Positions 8,105 through 16,496 of a stretch of 32,000 bases of DNA are shown here, one piece after another. The DNA lies in NCBI RefSeq assembly GCF_000020025.1, contig NC_010628.1:6990001-7022000 (forward strand), read 5' to 3'. A program made the position numbers and the translations under genes. The first letter of the stretch is position 1; every line of letters starts with the position of its first letter. This DNA comes from Nostoc punctiforme PCC 73102 (GTDB taxonomy: Bacteria > Cyanobacteriota > Cyanobacteriia > Cyanobacteriales > Nostocaceae). The notes beneath the pieces were generated by a model, which was given only the letters and a program-made list of their open reading frames with translations, had not been told where the DNA came from and ran no database searches.

Positions 8105-10123
8105 ATGCATGACCTGAATCAAAAACTAAACAGCATTTACCCTGGAAAGGTAGTACGTAAAGACCTGACTAAACGTATTAAAGAAGGTGCTAACGTACCA
8201 GTGTATGTGCTGGAATACCTACTCGGTATGTACTGCGCGACCGACGACGAAACCACCATTGAAGAAGGCGTTACCCGTGTAAAAAACATCCTGGCACAGA
8301 ATTATGTCCGTCCTGATGAAGCAGAACAGATCAAATCTAAAATTCGGGAATTGGGACGATTTACCATCATTGACCGGGTAACGGTAACGCTTAACGACAG
8401 AGATGACATCTATCAGGGAACTTTAATGAACCTGGGTGTCAAAGGCGTAGTCATTGACCCAGAAATTGTCAAACCCAACCAAAAGCTTCTGGGTGGTGGT
8501 ATTTGGTGTATTCTACAACTGGAATATGAAGCAGGAACCAAACCCAGTCCCTTCATTGTCGGAAGTCTCAAACCTATCCAAATGCCTAGTGTGGATATGG
8601 ATGAATTGTTTGCGGGTCGCCCAGCTTTTACCCGCAGTGAATGGATTGACCTGCTGATTCGGTCAACAGGGCTGGAACCCACTACCGTCAGCGAAGATGT
8701 AAAATGGCATCTACTTGCCCGTTTAGTAGCCCTTTGTGAAAATAACTACAACTGCTGCGAACTCGGCCCCCGTTCTACAGGTAAATCACACGTCTACAAA
8801 GAAGTTTCTCCTAACTCAATCTTGGTTTCCGGTGGAAAAACTACAGTAGCGAATCTTTTCTACAATATGTCCAACCGTCGCGTGGGACTAGTGGGTTTAT
8901 TTGACGTGGTTGCCTTTGATGAAGTAGCAGGCATGAGCTTCCATGATAACGACGGTGTACAAATCATGAAAGACTACATGGCATCAGGTTCTTTTGCACG
9001 CGGTAAGGCAGAGATTACCGCTAATGCTTCTATGGTTTTTGTGGGCAACATTAATCAAAGCGTGGAATCCTTAGTGAAGACCTCACACCTGCTGGCACCC
9101 TTCCCCGAAGCCATGATTGACACCGCCTTCTTCGACCGTTTTCACGCTTATATTCCTGGTTGGGAAATCCCCAAATTTAGCCCAGAGAATTTCACCAACC
9201 AGTACGGCTTCATTGTCGATTACTTAGCAGAATGGCTGCGGGAAATGCGTAAACGCAGTTTTGCTGATGCTATAGACCTCCACTTCAGACTAGGTAACAA
9301 CCTGAAGCAACGAGATGTTCAAGCAGTTCGCAAAACTGTATCAGGGCTGCTGAAACTGCTGTTCCCAGATGGCTCATTTAGTAAGGAAGATGTGCGCGAA
9401 GCTCTAGTGTATGGGCTGCGGGTGCGACGGCGCGTGAAAGAACAGTTAAAGAAAATTGGTGGAATGGAATTTTACGATGTGCATTTCAGCTACATCGACT
9501 TGGAAACTCTAGATGAGCATTTTGTCTCAGTACCGGAACAGGGTGGTTCGAGCTTGATTAGTCAGGAAATGCTAACTCCCGGTCACTTGCACTTTGTCAG
9601 CACTGGGGATAGCGGCATAATCGGAGCATTCAAACTTGAACTGCAAGCAGTACCCGGTAGTGGCAAGCTAGTACGTACTGGTGTAGCAACGGCTGGCAAG
9701 ATGAAGGATAGTTTAAACATTGCTATGAATTACTTTAAAGCTAACGCTCAAAGAGTTAGCAGTAGTATTCACCCAAGTAATTTGGATTTTTTGCTCCAGT
9801 TACTAGACTTGCAAGGGTCTGGCGCACCGCAAGAGAGTGGATTAGCATTGTTCGTTTCTTTATGTTCTGCTTCTCTAAAACGAAGTGTTCAAACGCAATT
9901 TGCAATATTTGGGGAAATGACCATTGGTGGGACGATTACACCAGTCAGTAACCTAGCGGGTAGTCTGCAAGTAGCCTTTGATGCTGGCGCTAAACGTATC
10001 CTCTTACCAATGGCAAGCGCCGTGGACTTAGGCAGTGTTCCGCCAGAATTGTTTGCTAAATTTCAAACATCATTTTACGCTGACCCCGTAGACGCAGTAT
10101 TTAAAGCGTTAGCAGTCGATTAA
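8105..10123 (+). CDS. brxL: BREX BrxL Lon-like protease/ATPase
   Basis: 672 aa. The N-terminus KVVRKDLTKRIKEGANVPVYVLEYLLGMYC is characteristic. A P-loop-like GPRSTGKSH and a C-terminal Lon-protease-like region are present. It is the last gene of the type 1 BREX order. Confidence 0.9.
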   Translation: MHDLNQKLNSIYPGKVVRKDLTKRIKEGANVPVYVLEYLLGMYCATDDETTIEEGVTRVKNILAQNYVRPDEAEQIKSKIRELGRFTIIDRVTVTLNDRDDIYQGTLMNLGVKGVVIDPEIVKPNQKLLGGGIWCILQLEYEAGTKPSPFIVGSLKPIQMPSVDMDELFAGRPAFTRSEWIDLLIRSTGLEPTTVSEDVKWHLLARLVALCENNYNCCELGPRSTGKSHVYKEVSPNSILVSGGKTTVANLFYNMSNRRVGLVGLFDVVAFDEVAGMSFHDNDGVQIMKDYMASGSFARGKAEITANASMVFVGNINQSVESLVKTSHLLAPFPEAMIDTAFFDRFHAYIPGWEIPKFSPENFTNQYGFIVDYLAEWLREMRKRSFADAIDLHFRLGNNLKQRDVQAVRKTVSGLLKLLFPDGSFSKEDVREALVYGLRVRRRVKEQLKKIGGMEFYDVHFSYIDLETLDEHFVSVPEQGGSSLISQEMLTPGHLHFVSTGDSGIIGAFKLELQAVPGSGKLVRTGVATAGKMKDSLNIAMNYFKANAQRVSSSIHPSNLDFLLQLLDLQGSGAPQESGLALFVSLCSASLKRSVQTQFAIFGEMTIGGTITPVSNLAGSLQVAFDAGAKRILLPMASAVDLGSVPPELFAKFQTSFYADPVDAVFKALAVD

Positions 10124-10749
10124 AAATCAAGCATGAGAGTCAGGTAATGAGCTAGCCCATCAGCGAGTAATTGTTGACGCAAAGCTGATGGCACCGGAAC
10201 AGAACGAATTTGATAATTTCCTCTTGGGGACGTGGGTTGCAATAGACCCGCATTTACTAGCACTAGTAAGGTGTTGCTAGCAGCCTTTTTATAGGTGGAG
10301 TTTGACCATGCAGCCACAGTTGAATTTTGATCTCGCTTTCCTTCAAAGAAGGTTCGCAAGTCAGCAGTCGTTACGACATAATCAAAACCTTTAATTTTGT
10401 CCAGCAGGACTTCAGCGATGAGTTCGCGCAGAAGGCGGTGTTCTTGCAAAATCAGGAACAATATGGTGAATCGACGGGTATCAGGGTTACTAGTGGCAAT
10501 TAATTGAATATATTCCTCTGGCACTTGTTGAAGGCGTTTGAGAACAGTTTGTAGCGCCCGCTCACGAGAAACTTGGGAGCGTAGTTGAAATAAATCATCC
10601 ACCAATACCCGTTGCCGAATATCTTCCTGGGTTGCACCTTGATACATCAGTTCAGCAACTCGAAGGGTTTCAGTCAAAACAAAAGCGTGGTTAGTACGAG
10701 CAGCATAAGCCGTTTCAGTCATAGTAGTAACAGTAACAAAGACAGGCAA
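10120..10749 (-). CDS. BrxA-like (DUF1819-like) protein, convergent with brxL
   Basis: 209 aa. Size and sequence pattern resemble BrxA as I recall it (LxETLRVAELM...ATQEDIRQRVLVDDLFQLRS...ALQTVLKRL...FLILQEHRLLRELIAEVL...WSNSTYKKAASNTLLVLVNAGLL). Its stop overlaps the brxL stop by 4 nt. The call is from memory and has not been searched. Confidence 0.5.
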   Translation of the reverse strand: MPVFVTVTTMTETAYAARTNHAFVLTETLRVAELMYQGATQEDIRQRVLVDDLFQLRSQVSRERALQTVLKRLQQVPEEYIQLIATSNPDTRRFTILFLILQEHRLLRELIAEVLLDKIKGFDYVVTTADLRTFFEGKRDQNSTVAAWSNSTYKKAASNTLLVLVNAGLLQPTSPRGNYQIRSVPVPSALRQQLLADGLAHYLTLMLDF

Positions 10750-10992
10750 AAACTTTTCTCAAATCCAGACGGTAAGCTATCGTATAGCAATAATCTAGCT
10801 GAGGAAGGTTTTTGGCATCCTACTATGTAAGTCTCCCTTGATATATTCGTCAAGCATGGTAGCTAGAAATTTATATAGGAATACTGTTTGAGTCTTGCTG
10901 GGTATACTGACACTCTAGCCTTTGTCAGGCAAGGTTTAGACTTTTGTAGTTAAGCTTTTTTGGACACTCTACGCAAGCGATCGCATCACACA

Positions 10993-11163
10993 TCATTTCC
11001 CCCGAATTGGAGGAATTTTACCATCATTTTGGGCTTGTTTGATAGCTCGTTTCACAATTAACACTGCCATTTGAGACAAAGAACGCTCCTCTGCATCAGC
11101 CAACAATTGCAGGGCTTCTTTGTCTTCTTCTTCCATATAAAGAGTTACAGTTACTTTTCCCAT
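10993..11163 (-). CDS. Ribbon-helix-helix (CopG/Arc/MetJ-like) small DNA-binding protein
   Basis: I translated this 56-aa ORF by hand because it is below the ORF-track cutoff: MGKVTVTLYMEEEDKEALQLLADAEERSLSQMAVLIVKRAIKQAQNDGKIPPIRGK. It has the beta-strand then two helices typical of RHH proteins. ATG is at 11163-11161 and TGA at 10995-10993. Confidence 0.6.
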   Translation of the reverse strand: MGKVTVTLYMEEEDKEALQLLADAEERSLSQMAVLIVKRAIKQAQNDGKIPPIRGK

Positions 11164-11184
11164 TTCATTATCATAAGCAATTTA

Positions 11185-11217
11185 GTGTGTTTTTAGTTTA
11201 AACACATTAAAACACAC
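11185..11217. promoter_or_regulatory. Operator-like inverted repeat in the divergent intergenic region
   Basis: GTGTGTTTT (11185-11193) and AAAACACAC (11209-11217) are perfect inverted repeats around a GTTTAAAC core. They lie 22 bp upstream of the RHH gene start. A TATAAT hexamer sits at 11248-11253 on the plus strand. Confidence 0.35.
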
Positions 11218-11265
11218 CAATTAACATAAAAACACTTTATTTTAGCGTATAATTACTGATAAGTC

Positions 11266-11307
11266 AAAAGCCAGCCATCAACTTTCTCAGGGCGGATGCT
11301 GGCTTTT
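11266..11307 (+). terminator. Terminator-like hairpin in the leader of the 11336 gene
   Basis: AAAAGCCAGC (11266-11275) pairs perfectly with GCTGGCTTTT (11298-11307) across a 22-nt loop. The GC stem is followed by a T-run. It lies downstream of TATAAT and about 30 bp upstream of ATG 11336. Confidence 0.4.
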
Positions 11308-11335
11308 GGCCCCCATATCACAGGAGACATATACA

Positions 11336-11893
11336 ATGTTAAAGCCTGTTAGCTACAAAACAGATCAACACAGAGCTTATCAACAAGCTTTAGATGATTT
11401 CGGCATCACAGAATTACTAGCAAAGCTCAACAACTACTCTGACGCAGACTTTGATAGCACTTGGATGCAACTCCAGCCGCAAGAAATAGAAAGTCTAGCT
11501 GCGATTCTGATTTCACAGTTAACTCACAGCATCAATGGTAAATTGATTGCCGCTTATCTCAATCTCATCCGCCACAATTACCAAGATATAGCCCCAGGCT
11601 TGATTAGCCTCAAATACCCAGACGCATCTATTCAGCTTCCCGCCAACTTTCCCGACGTAGCGAAGACACCCAGATTTTTATATGGCGATCGCTTGCGTTG
11701 GCTCTCTACCCAAAGCGATACTGACTGGGGTATTGTCATTGGTCGATTTTATAGCTTTGCTAGCGATCGCTGCTGCTGGAGTTGGTGCTACCTGATTTGG
11801 TTGAGCAAAGATAGCCGCAGTGCTGCTTGGACATCTGCCGATATTGCTTGGGAAGAGGATTTAGAACCAATCAGCGAGGAGACAAACTTATGA
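11336..11893 (+). CDS. Hypothetical protein (185 aa)
   Basis: The ORF track opens at TTG 11306. ATG 11336 is preceded by caggag (11321-11326) and is the likelier start. No motif recognised. The stop overlaps the next gene's start (ATGA at 11890-11893), which suggests translational coupling. Confidence 0.5.
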   Translation: MLKPVSYKTDQHRAYQQALDDFGITELLAKLNNYSDADFDSTWMQLQPQEIESLAAILISQLTHSINGKLIAAYLNLIRHNYQDIAPGLISLKYPDASIQLPANFPDVAKTPRFLYGDRLRWLSTQSDTDWGIVIGRFYSFASDRCCWSWCYLIWLSKDSRSAAWTSADIAWEEDLEPISEETNL

Positions 11894-12192
11894 ATCCTCA
11901 TCCACTCAAGCAGCGAGAACAAGATTTGATGCAATTCTATAGTTATTGTCAATTGGGAATAACTCCCAAGCAGTTTTACACCAAGTGGCAAGTGAACCAC
12001 GAAGAAATTGCTCAGATTTGCGATCGTTCCCTATCCACAGTTCGACGCTGGTTTGCTAGAGGTAAAAACTACCGCCGTCCCATGCCAGCCGATTTACGCC
12101 ACCTGGCACTAATGAATTTTTTGCTGGAACACTTTGAGGAGATTCCCGAAGAAGTGTTGCAGAAGCTTTGTTTTCCAGACAAGAGTGAGTAG
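11890..12192 (+). CDS. Small helix-turn-helix DNA-binding protein (100 aa)
   Basis: ATG 11890 overlaps the upstream stop. EEIAQICDRSLSTVRRWFARGKN is a classic HTH segment. The longer 11827 start in the track lies inside the upstream gene. Confidence 0.55.
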   Translation: MNPHPLKQREQDLMQFYSYCQLGITPKQFYTKWQVNHEEIAQICDRSLSTVRRWFARGKNYRRPMPADLRHLALMNFLLEHFEEIPEEVLQKLCFPDKSE

Positions 12193-12230
12193 GAATTGAA
12201 TCTAATTTCAATATCAATTTGATATTTCTT

Positions 12231-12261
12231 GCCAGCCACCGTCACAGTAGGCTGGCTTTTG
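12231..12261 (+). terminator. Rho-independent terminator-like hairpin
   Basis: GCCAGCC (12231-12237) is followed by a 12-nt loop, GGCTGGC (12250-12256) and TTTTG. It lies 39 bp after the HTH gene stop. It has the same GCCAGCC...GCTGGCTTTTG design as the hairpin at 11266-11307. Confidence 0.55.
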
Positions 12262-12295
12262 TCTTGGAAATTACAGATTTTACCAGGAGAATTCA

Positions 12296-12496
12296 ATGAC
12301 CTACCTTGAAAAGCTCAGTCCTTGGTGTATAGTTCGACTTAAACCTAGTATGCAGAACCAGATTGTAGCTCGTTTTCGTCGCCGCAGTGATGCAGAAGCT
12401 CATCTACAAGTTTTATGTCGGCTCATCCCTAGCGTAAGTTTTACACTAATTTTCAATGTGGTGTTAGAGCAACAAGATTTGAATACTGTAAAGTGA
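12296..12496 (+). CDS. Small hypothetical protein (66 aa)
   Basis: ATG 12296 is preceded by caggag (12282-12287). No motif recognised. It is basic (ARFRRRSDAE). Confidence 0.4.
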   Translation: MTYLEKLSPWCIVRLKPSMQNQIVARFRRRSDAEAHLQVLCRLIPSVSFTLIFNVVLEQQDLNTVK

Positions 12497-12528
12497 GTTG
12501 CGATGCCTGCGGCGGGCTATGCCAACGC
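12496..12528 (+). repeat. Dispersed short repeat, copy 1 (AGTTGCGATGCCTGCGGCGGGCTATGCCAACGC)
   Basis: It aligns with 16971-17002 in the same orientation, with roughly 27 of 32 positions identical and one 1-nt indel. It resembles a GC-rich short repeat that I recall being scattered in Nostocales genomes. Confidence 0.5.
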
Positions 12529-12591
12529 ATCTTCCTGTTAACTGAAATTCTCACGCAGACGGAAACTTGCTCTGCCACATCCTTAATCGTC

Positions 12592-12785
12592 GAAATAGCA
12601 AATGCGTTCGCCGAAATAGCAAATGTGATCGCCGAAATAACAATTGTGATCGCCAAAATAACAAATGCGTTCGCCAAAATATCAAATGTGATCGCCGAAA
12701 TAACAATTGTGATCGCCAAAATAACAAATGCGGTCATTGAAATAACAATTGCGAACACCGAAATAACAAATGCAATTGCAAAATC
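12592..12785. repeat. 21-bp tandem repeat, 9 full copies (iteron-like array)
   Basis: Units start at 12592, 12613, 12634, 12655, 12676, 12697, 12718, 12739 and 12760. The consensus is roughly (g/a)aaata(a/g)caa(a/t)tg(c/t)g(a/t)tcgcc. Units 3 and 6 are identical, and triplets of units form a 63-bp higher-order repeat. There are no spacers. Confidence 0.9.
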
Positions 12786-12941
12786 AGTATATTGTCTGTT
12801 CGCAAGTAAAAAACACTCATCCACGAGCTTCTTTCATTGTCAAAAACACATCATTTGTGATGAAATTCTCCACTTTTCTGGAATTTAGAGCGTTAGTGTT
12901 GAATTATTTTCATGATCTAGTTGCGTCTCACGTCTTTACTT

Positions 12942-15900
12942 ATGAACGAACAGCGTCAGCAAGCTTATCTCAACCTTATTCGCAGCCTGTTAGATTCCCC
13001 TAGTGGTGAAGAATCAGAGATTTTAGCAGCAAACCAAGAGTTACTTGATGCTGGCTTTGTGCAGACGGTAGAAGCAGTAGCACAGATGTGTTCCCAACAC
13101 GGAGATGAGAATACAGCGAATTGGTTGCAAAGTTTGGCAATGCAACTAGGGGAAGCGTTGAATCTAGATAATAAAGTAGATTTGCAATCTCTCAGTGAGG
13201 AGGAGATACAGACATATTACCAATTCTTGATGCAGGTACTACAAGCAACCGCAGACAGTAGTGATAATTCCCAGGTAGTTTACCCCTTGCTGGCAAAGAA
13301 TACAGACAAACTTGACGGAGTGTTAGCAGAAATATTGCGTCGTTGGGGGACAAATACACTGGGGGAAGCGAAAGCAGATGAGGCGGAATACGTAGTACAA
13401 GTTATTGCCACATTTAGCAATCTAATTCAGCAATTCCCCTTGGGTAACAAAGCCAGTAATATGGAAATTGCTATCGCTGGCTATGAAGTCGCGCTGACTG
13501 TCTACACCAGAGAAGCTTTGCCTATTGATTGGGCAACGACGCAAAATAATCTGGCAATTGCCTACAGGGAGAGAATTAAAGGAGACAGGGCAGATAACAT
13601 CGAACAGGCGATCGCTGCTTTTATTGCTGCTTTAACTGTCTACACCAGAGAAGCTTTGCCTCAAGAATGGGCAATGACGCAAAATAATCTCGCTGCTGCC
13701 TATTATTCTAGAATTAAAGGAGACAGGGCAGATAACATCGAACAGGCGATCGCTGCTTTTATTGCTGCTTTAACTGTCAGAACTCCTGAAGCTTTGCCTA
13801 TTGATTGGGCAGCAACGCAAAATAATCTGGCAAATGCCTACAGCGATAGAATTAAAGGAGACAGGGCAGATAACATCGAACAGGCGATCGCGGCTTTAAC
13901 TCTTGCTTTAACTGTCAGAACTCCTGAAGCTTTGCCTCAAGAATGGGCAATGACGCAAAATAATCTCGCTGCTGCCTACAGGGATAGAATTAAAGGAGAC
14001 AGGGCAGATAACATCGAACAGGCGATCGCTGCTTTTACTGCTGCTTTAACTGTCTACACCAGAGAAGCTTTGCCTCAAGAATGGGCAATGACGCAAAATA
14101 ATCTCGCTGCTGCCTACAGGAATAGAATTAAAGGAGACAGGGGAGATAACATCGAACAGGCGATCGCGGCTTTAACTGTTGCTTTAACTGTCTACACCAG
14201 AGAAGCTTTGCCTCAATCTTGGGCAATGACGCAAAGTAATCTCGCAAATGTCTACAGGGATAGAATTAAAGGAGACAGGGCAGATAACATCGAACAGGCG
14301 ATCGCTGCTTGTACTGCTGCTTTAACTGTCTACACCAGAGAAGCTTTGCCTCAATCTTGGGCAACAACACAAAATAATCTGGCAAATGCCTACTATTCTA
14401 GAATTAAAGGAGACAGGGCAGATAACATCGAACAGGCGATCGCTGCTTTTACTGCTGCTTTAACTGTCAGAACTCCTGAAGCTTTGCCTATTGATTGGGC
14501 AGCAACGCAAAATAATCTGGCAAATGCCTACTATTCTAGAATTAAAGGAGACAGGGCAGATAACATCGAACAGACGATCGCTGCTTTTACTGCTGCTTTA
14601 ACTGTCTACACCAGAGAAGCTTTGCCTCAATCTTGGGCAATGACGCAAAGTAATCTCGCAAATGTCTACAGGGATAGAATTAAAGGAGACAGGGCAGATA
14701 ACATCGAACAGGCGATCACGGCTTCAACTGCTGCTTTAACTGTCTACACCAGAGAAGCTTTGCCTGAAAACCATGCAGAAACTTCGTTTGGACTGGGAAG
14801 AAATTACCAAGACGCAAACAAGTTTGACTTAGCATATAATACTTTTGAGTATGCCATTGCCACGGTAGAATCTTTGCGAGAAGAAATAGTATCTGGAGAG
14901 GAAAGCAAACGCAAACAAGCGGAACACTTTAACCGAGTTTATAGCAGCATGGTAGAAGTTTGCAGGAAATTAAATAAGATTACCGAAGCAATTGAATATG
15001 TTGAACGTAGTAAAACCCGCAATTTAGTTGAACAAATCCTCGAACGCGACTCTAAAACAATCTTCCCTCCAGAAGTATTCACTCAATTAGAAAAATACAG
15101 GGATGAAATAGCCGTAGGACAATATAAAATCCAAAATGGCAAAGCTGAAAATCTAGAAGTCCTAGCACAACATCTCCAAGAATTGCGACAGCAGCGTAAT
15201 GAATTACAAAACCAATACTTACCTGTTGGTTATGGTTTTAAGTTTGACTCATTCCAGCCCACTTTAAATGAGCAGACAGCCATTATTGAGTGGTATGTTC
15301 TCAACGATAAAATTCTGGCGTTTATTTTCGCAAAACAAGGAGAGATAACAGTTTGGCAATCTCAACCAGAAGAACAACAAGCCTTGTATGATTGGAGAAA
15401 TCAATATTTGCAGAATTACTACGATCAAAAAGACCAATGGCGAAATAACTTAGGGAAAGCACTCAAAGAATTAGCCTCAATTCTGCACATTGATGAAATA
15501 TTAAACCAGATACCAAAGCACTGCGATAAACTCATCCTAATTCCCCATCGATTCCTGCATTTATTACCTCTTCATGCACTTCCAGTCAATCACAATGCTG
15601 AAAATTCGCGCTGTCTTCTAGATTTATTTACTGGTGGTGTGAGTTATGCACCCAGTTGTCAACTACTGCAACAGGTACAACAGCGCAAACGACCTAATTT
15701 TCAATCCCTGTTTGCCATCCAAAACCCCACAGGCGATTTAAACTATACAGATTTAGAAGTACAAGTTATTCAAAGCTACTTTAACACTGCTAATGTCCTG
15801 AAAAAAACAGCAGCGACACTGACAGCTATTAATAATTCCGACTTAAATACTTACCATTGCGCCCACTTTAGCTGTCACGGGTATTTTAACTTAACAAATC

Positions 15901-16496
15901 CCGGTAAATCAGCCCTAATTTTGGCAGATGCGCCTATCGCAGACACACCAACAAAACCCAACTCCGAACGTTATCTGAACGTGCGAGCAGGGGAAACCCA
16001 CGATTTAGACAAATGCCTTACTCTAGATAAAATCTTCACTCTCAAATTAGAAAAATGTCGCCTCGTCACCCTTTCCGCTTGCGAAACTGGATTGATTGAT
16101 TATACAAATACTAGCGATGAATATATAGGTTTACCTAGCGGTTTTCTATTAGCAGGTAGTCCCAATGTCGTTAGTTCTCTTTGGACAGTGGATGACTTAT
16201 CGACCAGCTTTTTAATGATTAAATTCTACGAAAACTTAGTCAAACTTGATAACCTGGAAACAGGAGATATTGCCATAGCCCTGAAACAAGCTCAAAACTG
16301 GCTGCGAAATCTGACTATTGAGGGATTAGACATATTTCTGGAGGAACACAAAACCCAGATTGAAAAAGTCCTTGCTCAACTAAGAGTAGGACAACGCATC
16401 ATATTTCAAGAATCTTTGAAACTAATCAAGCAACGTCAACCCCTACCTTTCGCAAATCCCTACTACTGGGCTGGATTTACAGCTTCTGGACTTTAA
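12942..16496 (+). CDS. TPR-repeat CHAT-domain (caspase-like) protease
   Basis: ATG 12942 (MNEQRQQAYLNLIRSLL) is preferred over TTG 12921. There are about ten 46-aa TPR-like repeats. The C-terminal CHAT domain carries a His/Cys dyad in the contexts AHFSCHG (about 15860-15880) and LVTLSACETG (about 16065-16094). Confidence 0.85.
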   Translation: MNEQRQQAYLNLIRSLLDSPSGEESEILAANQELLDAGFVQTVEAVAQMCSQHGDENTANWLQSLAMQLGEALNLDNKVDLQSLSEEEIQTYYQFLMQVLQATADSSDNSQVVYPLLAKNTDKLDGVLAEILRRWGTNTLGEAKADEAEYVVQVIATFSNLIQQFPLGNKASNMEIAIAGYEVALTVYTREALPIDWATTQNNLAIAYRERIKGDRADNIEQAIAAFIAALTVYTREALPQEWAMTQNNLAAAYYSRIKGDRADNIEQAIAAFIAALTVRTPEALPIDWAATQNNLANAYSDRIKGDRADNIEQAIAALTLALTVRTPEALPQEWAMTQNNLAAAYRDRIKGDRADNIEQAIAAFTAALTVYTREALPQEWAMTQNNLAAAYRNRIKGDRGDNIEQAIAALTVALTVYTREALPQSWAMTQSNLANVYRDRIKGDRADNIEQAIAACTAALTVYTREALPQSWATTQNNLANAYYSRIKGDRADNIEQAIAAFTAALTVRTPEALPIDWAATQNNLANAYYSRIKGDRADNIEQTIAAFTAALTVYTREALPQSWAMTQSNLANVYRDRIKGDRADNIEQAITASTAALTVYTREALPENHAETSFGLGRNYQDANKFDLAYNTFEYAIATVESLREEIVSGEESKRKQAEHFNRVYSSMVEVCRKLNKITEAIEYVERSKTRNLVEQILERDSKTIFPPEVFTQLEKYRDEIAVGQYKIQNGKAENLEVLAQHLQELRQQRNELQNQYLPVGYGFKFDSFQPTLNEQTAIIEWYVLNDKILAFIFAKQGEITVWQSQPEEQQALYDWRNQYLQNYYDQKDQWRNNLGKALKELASILHIDEILNQIPKHCDKLILIPHRFLHLLPLHALPVNHNAENSRCLLDLFTGGVSYAPSCQLLQQVQQRKRPNFQSLFAIQNPTGDLNYTDLEVQVIQSYFNTANVLKKTAATLTAINNSDLNTYHCAHFSCHGYFNLTNPGKSALILADAPIADTPTKPNSERYLNVRAGETHDLDKCLTLDKIFTLKLEKCRLVTLSACETGLIDYTNTSDEYIGLPSGFLLAGSPNVVSSLWTVDDLSTSFLMIKFYENLVKLDNLETGDIAIALKQAQNWLRNLTIEGLDIFLEEHKTQIEKVLAQLRVGQRIIFQESLKLIKQRQPLPFANPYYWAGFTASGL
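13464..14766 (+). repeat. Intragenic 138-bp tandem repeats: 9 very similar copies plus 1 degenerate copy
   Basis: The landmark ggagacagggcagataacatcgaacaggcgatcgc recurs with a 138-bp period, for example at 13581 and 13719. Units encode EQAIAAFTAALTVYTREALPQEWAMTQNNLAAAYRDRIKGDRADNI with only a few substitutions. Confidence 0.9.

Noticed and set aside
12592-12785. The 21-bp repeat array as a possible CRISPR array, for example the missing CAST array
   Set aside because: The units are contiguous with no spacers. They are 21 bp rather than about 37 bp and show no resemblance to V-K repeats ending in GTTGAAAG. This is a plain tandem repeat.
12453-12888. ORFs 12453-12824 (minus) and 12493-12888 (plus), which encode heptad-like EIANAFA/ITIVISA repeats
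   Set aside because: Both strands stay open only because the tandem repeat period (21 bp) is a multiple of three and lacks stop codons. There is no credible start context, and the two ORFs are mutually exclusive mirror images.
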